A stretch of DNA of 39,552 nt from Spirogloea muscicola (taxonomy: Eukaryota), in the NCBI GenBank assembly GCA_009602725.1, contig WELB01000032.1, positions 509,719 through 549,270 on the forward strand, written 5' to 3'. The position numbers and the translations under genes are program-made. The notes below the pieces were generated by a model, which worked only from the letters and a program-made list of their open reading frames with translations, was not told the origin of the DNA and made no database searches. This document shows positions 23,907 through 34,757 of the stretch, piece after piece (position 1 is the first letter of the stretch; each line of letters begins with the position of its first letter).

Positions 23907-26900
23907 ATGGAGGGCGAGCCGCTGCACGTCGTGGTGGCAGGGGCGGGCCCCGCGGGCCTGCTGCTCGCGCACTACCTCCTCCACTTTGGCGGCGGCCGCT
24001 TCCGCGTCTCCATGTTCGAGCGCGGCCACGACCCGCGCCGGCCCGAGGAGCTCGACTCCACCTCTGGGCGCAGGTGCACCCCCCCGGCTCACAACTGCTG
24101 CTTGCATCAATGACTCCAGCTACAAGTGCTCCCGATCTAGCCGCAGGACTCACATTGCCTACTCACGCATCGCGGCCTGCGGACAGACCTGACCTCAGTT
24201 GTTCTCCTTGAAGTCGAGCTCCATGCCATTGACTGATGGGCCTCTGTCCTTTCAGTGGCGGTCGCAACTGGACCCAATGTGGGCTCCTGGATTTGGGGCT
24301 CCCCTCATCTTGCACTGCCAACACACCCGCAGCGTGCCTGCTCGAATTACGAGAACCAGAAAGACGGTGTCATGATGGTAGCTGAATTGTGACTCCTGCA
24401 ACTGCTTCACAGGTATTCGATGGGCCTCAACAAGAGAGGACTCGCCTCCGTGGCGCAAATACCAGGCCTGCTGGAGAAGGTGCGACAAGGACTCAGGTCC
24501 TGATAGTGACACTTGCTAACGTTTCTCACACTTTCTGACACTTCCCACGTGCAATTCTGAGCCGCAGAGTGGCATTCCCGTGCAGGTGAAGGGATGTGGC
24601 GTCCAAGTGGAGCACATAACGTCAGTCATTGGAGGTGTCGTGAGAGTTCTTCGCAAGAGAAAGGGCTGGGTAAGTAGCATACGTAGTCCTCCCCCAGTAG
24701 CAACGAGCTGCAATATCAGACTTCCTTGTATTGCCTCCATGGAAAGTACAACAATTACTATATACTTCTGAAGTGGCAACTGAAGCTGCCACTACTGCCC
24801 TTGTTCCGACCAGATGCCACCATGCATGGTTGACAGGCAGTTCCTCTGCAGAGCCATGCTTGAGGACCTGCTAGACAAGCATGGAAGTTCTAGCATGATA
24901 AATGTTACGCACAATGCTATGGGCAAAGCAGTGGATTTGACCAATCACAATATCACGTTTGCCATGGGATATGATGACCTCGCGGATATACGTGTTAAGG
25001 GCAGCACTGTTAATGGTACAACAGCTCTAGCAGCATCAGAGACCAAGGATGTAATTGTTCCTTATGACTTACTGGTATGCGCCATCAACCCTGCCTATCT
25101 TTGTCTTATAACAGTATCAAGTCTTGTTCAGGTTTGTTCTAATAGATAGCTTCACTCCTTTGCCAGCCATGCATTCTGCCCAGCCATGCGGAGGAAGTCG
25201 TCTGCCCTCATGGGGCTGCTAAGTCAGTCTCTTTGAGTTGGTAAACTAGAGTGGGACTAGACTGGGACTACATAACGTGCTGACATTGTCTAGTCGAAAC
25301 CTTGTCTGCTGCTCGCTGTTCAGGTAGGAGCAGACGGGGTCCGATCTGTGGTGCGGCTGAGCTTCATCCAGCAAACACGCAATTTTCATGTCGAGATGTC
25401 AGAGTATTTTAGGCGTTGGATTGTCACACATATGAAAACGCCTTCTGAGATGGATTCAAGCACTGTGCACTTCGTTGTCAGGGTAAGCTAACTGCCATTG
25501 GAGGGCCCAACATGCACTTCAGAACCTTGTGTAGATGAACATGGACAATGCACAGCACACATGATTGATGGTATATTGATTGTCTACTAATGTAAGTGGG
25601 AAGCATGGTGCATGTCATGCTTCTCTATGACAATGTATATATGTGATAGCATGTATGTGACTTGAAGGAGGTCACCAATTTCAAAAGCCACATATAGAGA
25701 GGTCGCTCACTGTACCGTCGGAATAACTGCTGAGCTTGGTCTTCTTCCTGATTCACCAGGTTCCAAAAGGAGCAAGTTTCAGTGTTGTTGCTGTTCCCTT
25801 GCCAGGGCGTGAGTTGTGTATCATCGGCGGGTGGTCTCCTCATGAGCCGCCTTTGGAGTTTCTGAATAGCAAATCACCTGAAGAAGCTCAGGCGTGGTTA
25901 AATTATCGTGTACCTCATTTACATTTCACAGAGGAAGCAGCATGGACACTTGCCAAACAAACGCCAAGGATCACCGCTCAAGTACTAACTCATGGCTTTA
26001 GATCCTGGCCACGATATGGTTGCACGAAGTAGATTCTCAGCTTGCATAATGTGAACGAAGGTGAATGTGGATCAGACTCAAGGTGACCGAAGCCGATCTA
26101 GTAGGCATGTATTGAGCTTGGTTCACACTGACATTCAGAGCATGGCAACATTGCAGTATTTACAATGTACTGGTCCACCAGTTCATAGCTTGATCCTTGA
26201 CGATGTGTGGCAGTCACATTGATGTAGGTTTCTTTCTGGCTTAATGCAGGTCAAGTGTGGCCGATACCATGACACGCAAGGAAGGGCTGTCTTGATGGGC
26301 GACGCTGCCCATGCCACATCACCTTCGCTAGGCCAGGGCTGTAATTCTGCCTTTGTGGATGCTTCGGTACTTGCTCGGCTGCTACTTGGTGAACGCGTGA
26401 CAGAAACCACGCGTGTGCCTGAGGATATTGTGCCAAGCGCTGACTTCGCAGAGCAGCCTGGTGGTGTACTTGCCAATTTGCCCGCCATCCTCGAGCGGTA
26501 CTCTGCATTACAGGTGAGCCATCAGCATGTTGATATAGGTGTTTGCATGGCCAAATAAGGCTAACACCTCTGAGCAGGCACTCTAGAAGGTAAGCCATGT
26601 AGGCTGAAGGTAGGCCAGATGGGTATTTGACAACATTGATCAACAGTGCGCTGCTGAGCGTCCTACATGTCAATGCACTCCAGGTGCCAGAAGGCCATGC
26701 TGTGGTTGATATGTCTTGTGGATCGCAAGCCCTGAACTCCAATCTGCAGGTGAGCTTACTGACCCTAAGTCTGGTGTGCCTGCACAAGTTAGCTCTTTTG
26801 CCTTTTGCTCTGAGCAGTGGACCTACTGTTGTGTGCTTCATGTGTGCTTGTCATGAACAAGCTTCCTCCCTTTGACAATACAACCTGCAAATCTTGAGCT

Positions 26901-27259
26901 GCAAAATACCTTTTTCTGGTATTGAAGTGATGCGCCTCATGTGTTACACTGATCGCATCATCTGATGCGTAGTATGTACTCACTTTCTGTAAGTGGCTTT
27001 TACAATTTCGGATGTATTTGTGCAGTTCCGGCAACAAATTTGGACCCTTCTCCGCACCAGGTTGTGCGAATACCTGCCTAGCCTCGTCGCAAAGCCTATC
27101 TTTGCACTTTGCGGGGAAACTAACATGCCATATAAGGAGGTGCATAAGATATTCAAAAGTGAGGTCGACGTGATTGCTGCTGATAATGAGCGTATCAAGA
27201 GGCAGTATATTTCCAAGTGCAATCAAGCTGTACTTGAGAAGCCCTTGTGTGTGAGCTGA
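23907..27259 (+). CDS. FAD-dependent monooxygenase (kynurenine 3-monooxygenase-like), paralog 2, tandem duplicate
   Basis: VVVAGAGPAGLLLAHYL; RYSMGLNKRGLASV; MVDRQFLCRAML; YDLL/VGADGVRSVVR; VKCGRYH..AVLMGDAAHATSPSLGQGCNSAFVDA. Same exon structure as paralog 1. Stop ends at 27259. Confidence 0.9.
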
Positions 27260-28064
27260 TGTCAAGCAATCATAGCACTCACAAGCTTGCTGCTTTACTA
27301 AGGCCTATCTGTTACCTAGTAAAGCATTGCCGGCAAACAAGGGCACAGCTCTCCTTACTTTGGCTGGGCATGAGTCCAATGGCAAGGTCAAATGATCCTC
27401 AACGCAGCAACATAGCTGTCTTCTGAAGTGTTATCAGCTGTAGTTGAGAGGCCCCTGCTTGAGCTACTTGTCAAGCAGTCACAGCCAGCTTGATTTTTGC
27501 TACTTGTGAATGCTTACTCAGAAGCAAAAAAACTCAACCTTTGCCCCGAAATAAGGTACCGCTTGCTACGGCCGTCTGCAAGTCAGCAGAAAGTACAGCA
27601 GCGAGTGTGTGCAGCAGCAAGTGGGATGCTCGCAGCAGCAACATAATTCTCTTCCTGGATGTCTAAATTTCTAATGTGGAGCCCTTGCATGTAAGCTAAT
27701 TGTCGGTCAATCAATATGAGCTTGAAGATTTGGCTTACCTAGGGCTTACAGACAATTGAGATCCCTGTTCTCGTCATTATTGAATGTCTTTGCTATTGCT
27801 TCCTACATTCAGCAGCAAAAGCAACTGCTATTGCAGCTAGCATCGCGACCCCAGCGTCTCAGTATGTCACATGGAATTATGCTTCGTAAGAAGTCTGCTA
27901 CTTCTACAGGACAATTATCGTGTGAGGGAGTCCGTCATGACGTGACTCTTTGTGATGTTGTCATGCTACCTGTCACATGTTGTAATACGTCGAATGTAGT
28001 AATATGTTGAATCAGCGGGCAGGGTTGGGTGACCAGCTAACCCGTGTCACTGGGCCGTGAGAGC

Positions 28065-28092
28065 CTCCCTCCCTCCCTCCCTCCCTCCCTCA
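28065..28092 (+). repeat. (CCCT)n microsatellite immediately 5' of the longest retroelement fragment
   Basis: ctccctccctccctccctccctccctc. Confidence 0.85.
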
Positions 28093-28104
28093 CCCGCTGC
28101 ATCG

Positions 28105-29006
28105 GCCGGGCATGCTACTTGCAGCGGACAGTCGCCCAAATGGGCATGGTGGGCGAGCTCTACAAGGAATTCGACAACTCCCTGCTTCAGTCCCTGGCAT
28201 CCCTTCTACAATCTTCCTCTTTCCCCTCCGCTTCATCTGCCCTCCAGGCTTCCCTCCCCACCCGCATGGGCGGCCTTGGCTGCCGGTCGTTGGAGCAGAC
28301 GGCGCAAGCAGCCTTCCTGGGCTGCTGGCACCAGATCGCCTCTATGCTTCCCATGCGCTTCCCTTGCCTCCACGATCCCGTACGCAACGTGGAGGAAGGC
28401 TCCTTACCCTTCCAAGCGGATCTGAGGAGCATCCGTGACTCGGCAATCGGCTCTTTCCCCTCTATACAACCCCTACTCACGCCATTCTCCGCCCTCGCCC
28501 AAGCTTCGGATAGAGGGGCACAATCCAGACTGGTTACGGCAGTNGCTGCATCCCACTTCTCTGGCAGCGGATCACCCCGTGGGCGACGAGTGTGTCCCAC
28601 TCGCCGTCGACGTACACGGAGCCTTTGGCACAAATGGCTTGACCTGCTTCACCACCTTGCGTGCCGAGCAGTGGCCCGCCGCCACTGGCAGCAGGGCGAG
28701 CAGCCTGGCTTCAATGTCGCCGGTTCCCTCGCTCAGGTCTTCCGGATGCGCTTGGCCATCACTTTGCAGCGGTCCCTTGCCTTTGCGGTTCACTTGCGCA
28801 CAGGCCGCGCTTTGGCGGCGGCCTCCAGCTTCCGTCAGGGCGACGTCTGTCCGCCTGCTATTTATTCCGACTTGCACCTACTGACTAGAGGTTACTGAGA
28901 GTCCCCTTTGCTGCTGTCTTAGTACTTCGCACTCCGGCTCCTTCAGACCTTGTCCATTCCTTTGGGCTGGCCTCTCCCAGCCACCAGTCAATCTGGCCGC
29001 GTTTTT
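28105..29006 (+). mobile_element. Longest RLE non-LTR retrotransposon fragment (family A, CRE-like): post-RT thumb/linker, end of RLE domain and 3' UTR
   Basis: RACYLQRTV..EFDNSLLQSL..QASLPTRMGGLGCRS..AAFLGCW (conserved LP.R.GGLG of RLE LINEs). After the single N at 28544 it jumps to DECVPLAVDVHGAFG and RMRLAITLQRSLAFAVHLRTGRAL..SDLHLLTRGY* (stop 28898). Tail ends ctggccgcgttttt. Zinc knuckle and RLE catalytic core are missing at the N. Confidence 0.88.
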
Positions 29007-29128
29007 CTAGCAGTTCCCGAAGCGAAAACAGGACAGGTCCCCAAGGCCCCCATCGGCACTTCCGGCCCTCCTTCCCACCTCCGCCATCCTTCCTGCCACT
29101 GCTGCTGCCTCCCTCTCCTGTAGCTGCT

Positions 29129-29256
29129 TAGTAGCTGCTTAGTTTCTTTTTGTACTTGTTTTTCTTAGTGCTTTCCCTTGCCCCTTCTCGTCCTTTGTTC
29201 ATTCCTTTTTGGGCTGGCATTTCCCAGCCCCTATTCTCAATGGGCGAGCCCTTCTT
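29129..29256 (+). mobile_element. 3' UTR-only retroelement insertion (family D) within the minisatellite
   Basis: Homologous to ~30445-30572. Flanked by a near-identical 16-bp repeat ctctcct[g/c]tagc[t/a]gct (29113-29128 and 29257-29272). Confidence 0.75.
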
Positions 29257-30322
29257 CTCTCCTCTAGCAGCTCCAGAAGCAAACGCAGGCCAGGTCGACA
29301 GAGGCCCCATCGGCACTTCCGGCCCTCCTCCCACCACCCCCCCCAGTCCCTCTTGCCACTGTTGCTGCCCCTCTCCTCTTTGATCAGTATCCACATGTAC
29401 TTGAACTTCCCTTTGCTACTATCGAACGTAGTCGTATAGCACGACAGGCTTGCTGTCACGTGTGACACAGGTGACTAGCGTAGAACACAGCCATCATGGC
29501 TTTGCGGTTGTCCTTAATTAGTGTGCGGGCTTTTGTGCACCATCAAGAAACTTGCTCAAGGCCAGCCAAGCACACAAAGTGCAGATGCAGCAAGCAGATT
29601 GGAGGCACTCATCGTGCATGTTAAGGTATCAGGCTGCGTACCAGATAGTGCGCCGCTCTATAGTCTTCATCACATCTTTGCAGAGGCTACTGGTAGGTTT
29701 GCGCCATGTGGAGAGCCAGCAACTGCAGTGGCAGTCGACAGGGTATGCACTTCCAAGGCGCCCGTGGCAGCCCGAGTGGCATCCTCACCAGCGGCTTCTA
29801 AGGCAGAGGCGGAAGTGACAAACTCATTGGCAGACATGGCCAAGACGGACTGCGCAGTCTGTCCCTGTTCACACTCAAGCGCAGATCCAAGCAAGGCCTC
29901 CTGCCCTCGCGAATCCTTCTGCCCTAGGACCTCCGGGCTGCCACCTTTTGGCACTGCAGAGCTGTCCCGAGGAGACAGCTGCCCATCCCTCTTGCGGCGC
30001 TTGCCTGGTTGAGGGCTGCTCGCAAAGAGGTGCGCCGACGGGCTGGAAGGAGACGACAGCAGTGCAGGTGGAGGCAGGGGCCGGCACCTGCCACCGGTGG
30101 AGCTGCCCTTCCCCTTGCCACTCTGGCCCTGCCCTGCAGACCGTTGAGCACCAGCTCCAGAAGCAGACGCAGGACAGGTCGACAAGATCCCAATCGGCAG
30201 TTTTGCCCCTCAATTCCCCACCCGCCATCCCTCCTGCCACTGCTGCTGCTCCACTCCTCTAGCAGCTCCTGAAGCGGACGCAGGCCAGGTCGACAAGGCC
30301 GCCATCGGCTTTCGACCCCCCC

Positions 30323-30572
30323 GCGCGCTGCACCTGCGTGCGGCAGAGCCCTCGCTGCTGCCTCTGGCTCTGGCCAGGGGACCCACTTCCAGGAGCCTAG
30401 CTTCTCTGACCTGAGGCTGCTTAGCAGGGGTTACTGAGTAATATGTAGCTGCTTTGTTTCTTGCTGTGCTTGTTTTTCTTGGCGCTTCCCTTGGCCCCCT
30501 TCTCATACTTTGTTCCTTCTTTTCTGGGCTGGCTTTTCCAGCCCGTATCCTCAATGGGCGAGCCCTTTCTTT
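30323..30572 (+). mobile_element. 5'-truncated RLE retroelement fragment (family D) splitting a minisatellite unit
   Basis: Encodes ALHLRA/RALAAASGSGQGTHFQEPSFSDLRLLSRGY* with one frameshift, then a UTR with gggctggcttttccagccc...caatgggcgagccctttcttt. The repeat unit starting at 30259 resumes after it. Confidence 0.82.
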
Positions 30573-31063
30573 CCCTCCCTGCCATCCCTCCTGCCACTGC
30601 TGCTGCCCCACTCCTCCAGCAGCTCCAGAAGCAGACGCAGGACAAGTCGACAAGGCCCTCATCGGCACTTCCAGCCCTTCTTCCCATCCCGGCCATCCCT
30701 CCTGCCACTGCTGCTTCTCCACTCCTCTAGCAGCTCCTGCAATGGACGCAGGCCAGGTCGACAAGGCCCTCATCGGCACTTCCGGCCCTCCTTCCCCCCC
30801 ATGCCATCCCTCCTGCCTCTGCTGCTGCCCCACTCCTCCTATAGCAGCTCCAGCAGGACAGGCCAACAACGCCCCACTCAGCAGTTCCGGCCCTCTTCCC
30901 CCCCTCCATTCCTCCTGCCACTGCTACTGCCTCGCTCCTTTAGCAGCTCCAGAAGTGGACGCAAGAAAGGCCCCCAGGGGCTCTGCCGGCCCTCCTTCCC
31001 CCCCCATCCCTTCGCCTGCCACTGCTGCTGCCCTCCTCCTCTAGCAGCTCCAGTAGCTGCTAC

Positions 31064-31132
31064 ATCATTTGATGTGCTTTGCCTTTGTACTTGGCCATAT
31101 TGGCCTTCGATTGTTTCAGATACACGAAAGTT
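31064..31132 (+). mobile_element. 69-nt tail-only insertion (family B 3' terminus)
   Basis: gatgtgctttgcctttgtacttggccatattggccttcgattgtttcagatacacg matches the reverse complement of 11835-11892. Candidate 6-bp TSD tgctac (31058-31063 and 31133-31138). Confidence 0.8.
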
Positions 31133-31254
31133 TGCTACCTGGATAAGGGAGGCCCTGGCACATCGGGCTGGTGGCTGGGCGATCCCGCTGCTCTGTGCGC
31201 CCTAGCCATGGCTGCCACTCACTAAGGGTGCGACTCTGTGTTGGGCCAGGCGGA

Positions 31255-31435
31255 GTTGAGTGCTCGCCGGCTCTGTGTGTGAATAGGTGGCGCTGTGTGC
31301 GCGGCAGCTCTGTGTGCGGCTAGGCGGCGCTGTGTGCGTGGCGGCTCTGTGTGCGGCGAGGCGGCGCTGTGTGTTTGCCAGCTCTGTGTGCGGCCAGGTG
31401 AAGCTGAGTGCTCACCGGCTCTTGCTCTGTGTGTA
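31255..31435. repeat. Degenerate short tandem repeat (gctctgtgtgcggc / ggcgctgtgtg)
   Basis: About 8 recurrences of gct(c)tgtgtg at roughly 15-25-bp spacing. Confidence 0.75.
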
Positions 31436-32279
31436 ACCTGGCAAGTCTATGTGCTACTTTGAACTTTGTGTGACGATGAGTGGGTCTGCGTCTGCACCGC
31501 CGAGACGAGGGCGGTCTGCTGGTCCTCCTGATAAGGGTAAACATGCAATGGAGGACTCTGAGTGGAAACGACAGGAAGTGATGGCTGTAGGACGTGAAAG
31601 ACAGGGACAGACTGCAGAACGTGAACAGCAGGTACAGGTTGCTGAACGTTAAAGACAAGAGCAGGCCGAGCAAGAAAACTTTCACTACCTTCGTGGGACC
31701 TCCAAGATATCTTATGGACTATGGTGCATTTGTCAGAAGAAACCAAGTAACGTCTGCCTCCATGAACGGGTGCAGTACTGCTGCATATGGATCCTCCACA
31801 GAGGAATTGCAGAAAGAGTGTGCAGGAAGGCATGTCTTCCTTGTAACAAGGAAGCTCAGACAAACTGTTGACAGTAAAGAGAGCTGTGCTTCAGAGCTTT
31901 GGACTATATTGTCACTGAAGAAGATGCTGGTGATGGTGAGGACATTTATAAACGGTGGAGAAATCCTGTTGGCTGTAAGCGCTGGCATCAATTCCTATGT
32001 TTGTGTCCTGTATGCCCTCCGGTACACCTGTTCTTAGATTCATCTATGGTTATCTTTGAACGCAAGCCAGAGTGAAGTCACTGAATATGACAATTACTGG
32101 AGCTTTCACACATGCACCATCAACAGCTTGGTCTTGGCTGCAACGTACTTCGAATTTCCCCATTAGAGTGTTCCATAACAAAGGGAGCTTCAATGAACTT
32201 GGCAAGGTGCTAACAAGCATTTAGCAGTCAATTGGTCATGTTTGAGATAAAGGTACCACTCCTCAACTCTATCAGATGC

Positions 32280-34395
32280 TTAGGGATCTCGGCAGAACGA
32301 TATGCCCCCCTGGGGGGTTTTAGCTTTCATGACATCAGTAACAACTGCTTGGCGAATCAAAGCAACATCAGCACTTCCCACGACCACGTTGTAGCCCTTC
32401 TCAAACATCTCAGCTGGAGTTCTGCAATCACATCAAGCATACCAAATAGCACTGAGAAGGTGTATGCAATTGCAGTTGCAATTGCTACAAGGATCTGCAG
32501 CTACAGATCCTTGTAGCAAGAAGAAGGAATTAGGAGCAATGCTTTTGAACTAGTTCAGTGTCATTGACGTGGACTTTGAACAATTGAGGCTGAGTCATTG
32601 CACATGCGAAGGGGAGAACTTGCAGAAGGTGCACCACATGAAAGTCCAGTATCATCTATACTAGTGCTGCACATGTAAGAAGCTCACTGCATGACTCTCT
32701 TTCGCACTTTAAAAGTGTCAGTCAATAACCTGCCAGGTGGCACAAAACCTCCTAAGAGCTTCTTGCTGGCGAGAATTGCAGCCTCAGTCTGCTGGATCAG
32801 TGCCATGACGTCACTGTGGCCAGGCTCTGTTAACCTCCCAATGCTGGCGGCAAGAGGATAATGAGATCTATTAACAAGATGACCTTAAACAGCTTGTTGT
32901 GCCTTGACGGCCGGCAAGTACCAAGCAAAAAGTACAAGGGGCAGCATCAATCAGCTGGGTGTGCAGTCCTCGCTTATTTGCTTCATGGGATTTAGATGTT
33001 ATGATTGCACGTCAGGCTTCAACGCCTAACAGCACACAGTTGCCCAGTAACTTGCTGCTCATCGCTGCGAGCAATCAACGTGAACATGGGGAGATAGAAA
33101 GGGCTTTGCTGGCAATGCCAGGAGTCAGGACGTTTAGACTACATGCGACTACCTCACCTGGCGGCCAGATCCATGGGTCCAACAAAGAGGCAATCAATGC
33201 CGTCCACTGCCGCTATGTCAGCTATGTTGCTCACCGCGGACGTAGACTCCACCTGCTCACTGAGCCTCCTTAACTCAGGGACTTGAGATTGAAGGCATAC
33301 TTGCAAGTCTGGTGACTATCCAAAGCCAGGTCAACACTTGGACAAGACGTAAGCGAGTACTCAAGGCACAGGATGAGATCACAACCTGTGCCATGATGAG
33401 CAGGTCGTCTTCGCACGTTGCCAGGTACTCCTCGTTAAAGCCGTACTGGAGAAGTTGCCACACAAGGAGTAGAGCAGCTTCAGGTACACTGGATACAAAC
33501 AACGAGAAACTACAACAAAAGCCTACAGATTATGACGGCTTAGACCTCTCACAAGGAAAGGGAGAGCCAGGCAAGCTCACAAGCAGGTCTTACCTGCGAT
33601 GCACGGACAATCGGGTAGGCACAGCTTTGCACGCCGCGGGGAGGATATCTGCAGCCGGCCACAACGGCTCGTGCCTCGTCGACGCTGTTGACCATGGGGA
33701 CCATCACCTGAGGGAACAGTTGTCAACGTGGGAGCTCACTTCTTACCAGGGAGCTGGGTAGGTGAGGCCAAGGGCTCTCTAACGAGCTGCATGAGCCTCT
33801 CCACATCAGACCTCGCCGATGAAGGAAACATAGTAAGCCATCCAGCAGGATTGATTGGGAAACCTCGAAACACCAACAATGTGCACGGATTTGCCTACGT
33901 TAAGATAAGCCGCAAAGGCGCACGGGATTGCTGGTAGCGTTCGATGGTGCCCATGGTCGCAGCAAGCGCACAGAGTGTGGGGAGGGGCAAGGAGGGCCGC
34001 ACCCCGGCAGGCCCAATGTCCAGCGCCTTCTTGAGGTTCACAGCGCTGCCCTCGGGGACCCTGACGACCGCCGCGGCGCCCGTCCCTGCCAAGGCCTGCC
34101 GCAGCGGCAGTGGGCTGTCGTGCCGACGCAGGCTTGCCTTTGTATTTGGCCACTCGGCCCTCCAGGCCATACACACTCCATTTCCCCGGCTGCGGAGCCC
34201 GACCTGCAGGAGCTGAAGGGCGGCCATGGTGCCGCCGGGGCCGTGCTCCGAGTCCACGACGACGAGGTCGTAGCCGGCGAGGCCCAGGAGCTCCGCGACG
34301 ACGGGCGACGCGGTGTTGAGGAACACGCCGTAGGCCTTGCGCCCCGCCAGCAGCCGCCGCTTCAGGGACAGCGGCGGCGGCGCGGCGGATGCCAT
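32280..34395 (-). CDS. HpcH/HpaI family class II pyruvate aldolase (2-keto-3-deoxy-L-rhamnonate aldolase-like), 7 exons
   Basis: Spliced product: MASAAPPPLSLKRRLLAGRKAYGVFL..AGYDLVVVDSEHG / AVVRVPE..KKALDIGPAG / VMVPMVNS..CRYPPRGV / DDLLIMAQ / VESTSAVSNI..DGIDCLFVGPMDLA / IGRL.. / EMFEKGYNVVVGSADVALIRQA..CRDP*. Stop at 32280-32282. Confidence 0.93.
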
Positions 34396-34452
34396 CTTGG
34401 ACGCAGCCGCCGCCGCCGCTACCGGGCCGCGGCGCCGCGGCCCGGCGCTGCC

Positions 34453-34679
34453 NNNNNNNNNNNNNNNNNNNNNNNNNNNNNNNNNNNNNNNNNNNNNNNN
34501 NNNNNNNNNNNNNNNNNNNNNNNNNNNNNNNNNNNNNNNNNNNNNNNNNNNNNNNNNNNNNNNNNNNNNNNNNNNNNNNNNNNNNNNNNNNNNNNNNNNN
34601 NNNNNNNNNNNNNNNNNNNNNNNNNNNNNNNNNNNNNNNNNNNNNNNNNNNNNNNNNNNNNNNNNNNNNNNNNNNNNNN
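34453..34679. other. Assembly gap (N run)
   Basis: 227 N between two GC-rich divergent 5' ends. Single-N joins also occur at 13203 and 28544. Confidence 0.99.
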
Positions 34680-34719
34680 AGCGGGCGCGCCCCCGAGGGC
34701 CTGCGGCCAGAGCCGTGCA

Positions 34720-34757
<38 letters not shown>

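Larger units (their letters stand above)
29007..31057. repeat. ~111-bp GC-rich minisatellite, about 8 units in two blocks (29007-29378 and ~30150-31057), interrupted by retroelement tails
   Basis: Unit approximately ctagcagctccagaagcagacgcaggccaggtcgacaaggccctcatcggcacttccggccctccttccc..gccatccctcctgccactgctgctgccccactcct. Unit starts at 29007, 29264, ~30150, 30259, 30616, 30727, 30841, 30940, and a partial one at 31041. Confidence 0.9.

Noticed and set aside
23407..24211. Long Arg-rich ORFs on both strands (also near 7000-7600, 13000-13900 and 38400-39400)
   Set aside because: They are shadow frames of GC-rich first exons and (GCC)n runs, with no recognisable domains.
28530..28560. Biological internal deletion removing the zinc knuckle and RLE core
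   Set aside because: The jump coincides with a single N at 28544, so a scaffold join explains it equally well.
29007..31057. CRISPR-like array
   Set aside because: Units are similar along their whole length with no unique spacers, there are no cas genes, and the context is eukaryotic.
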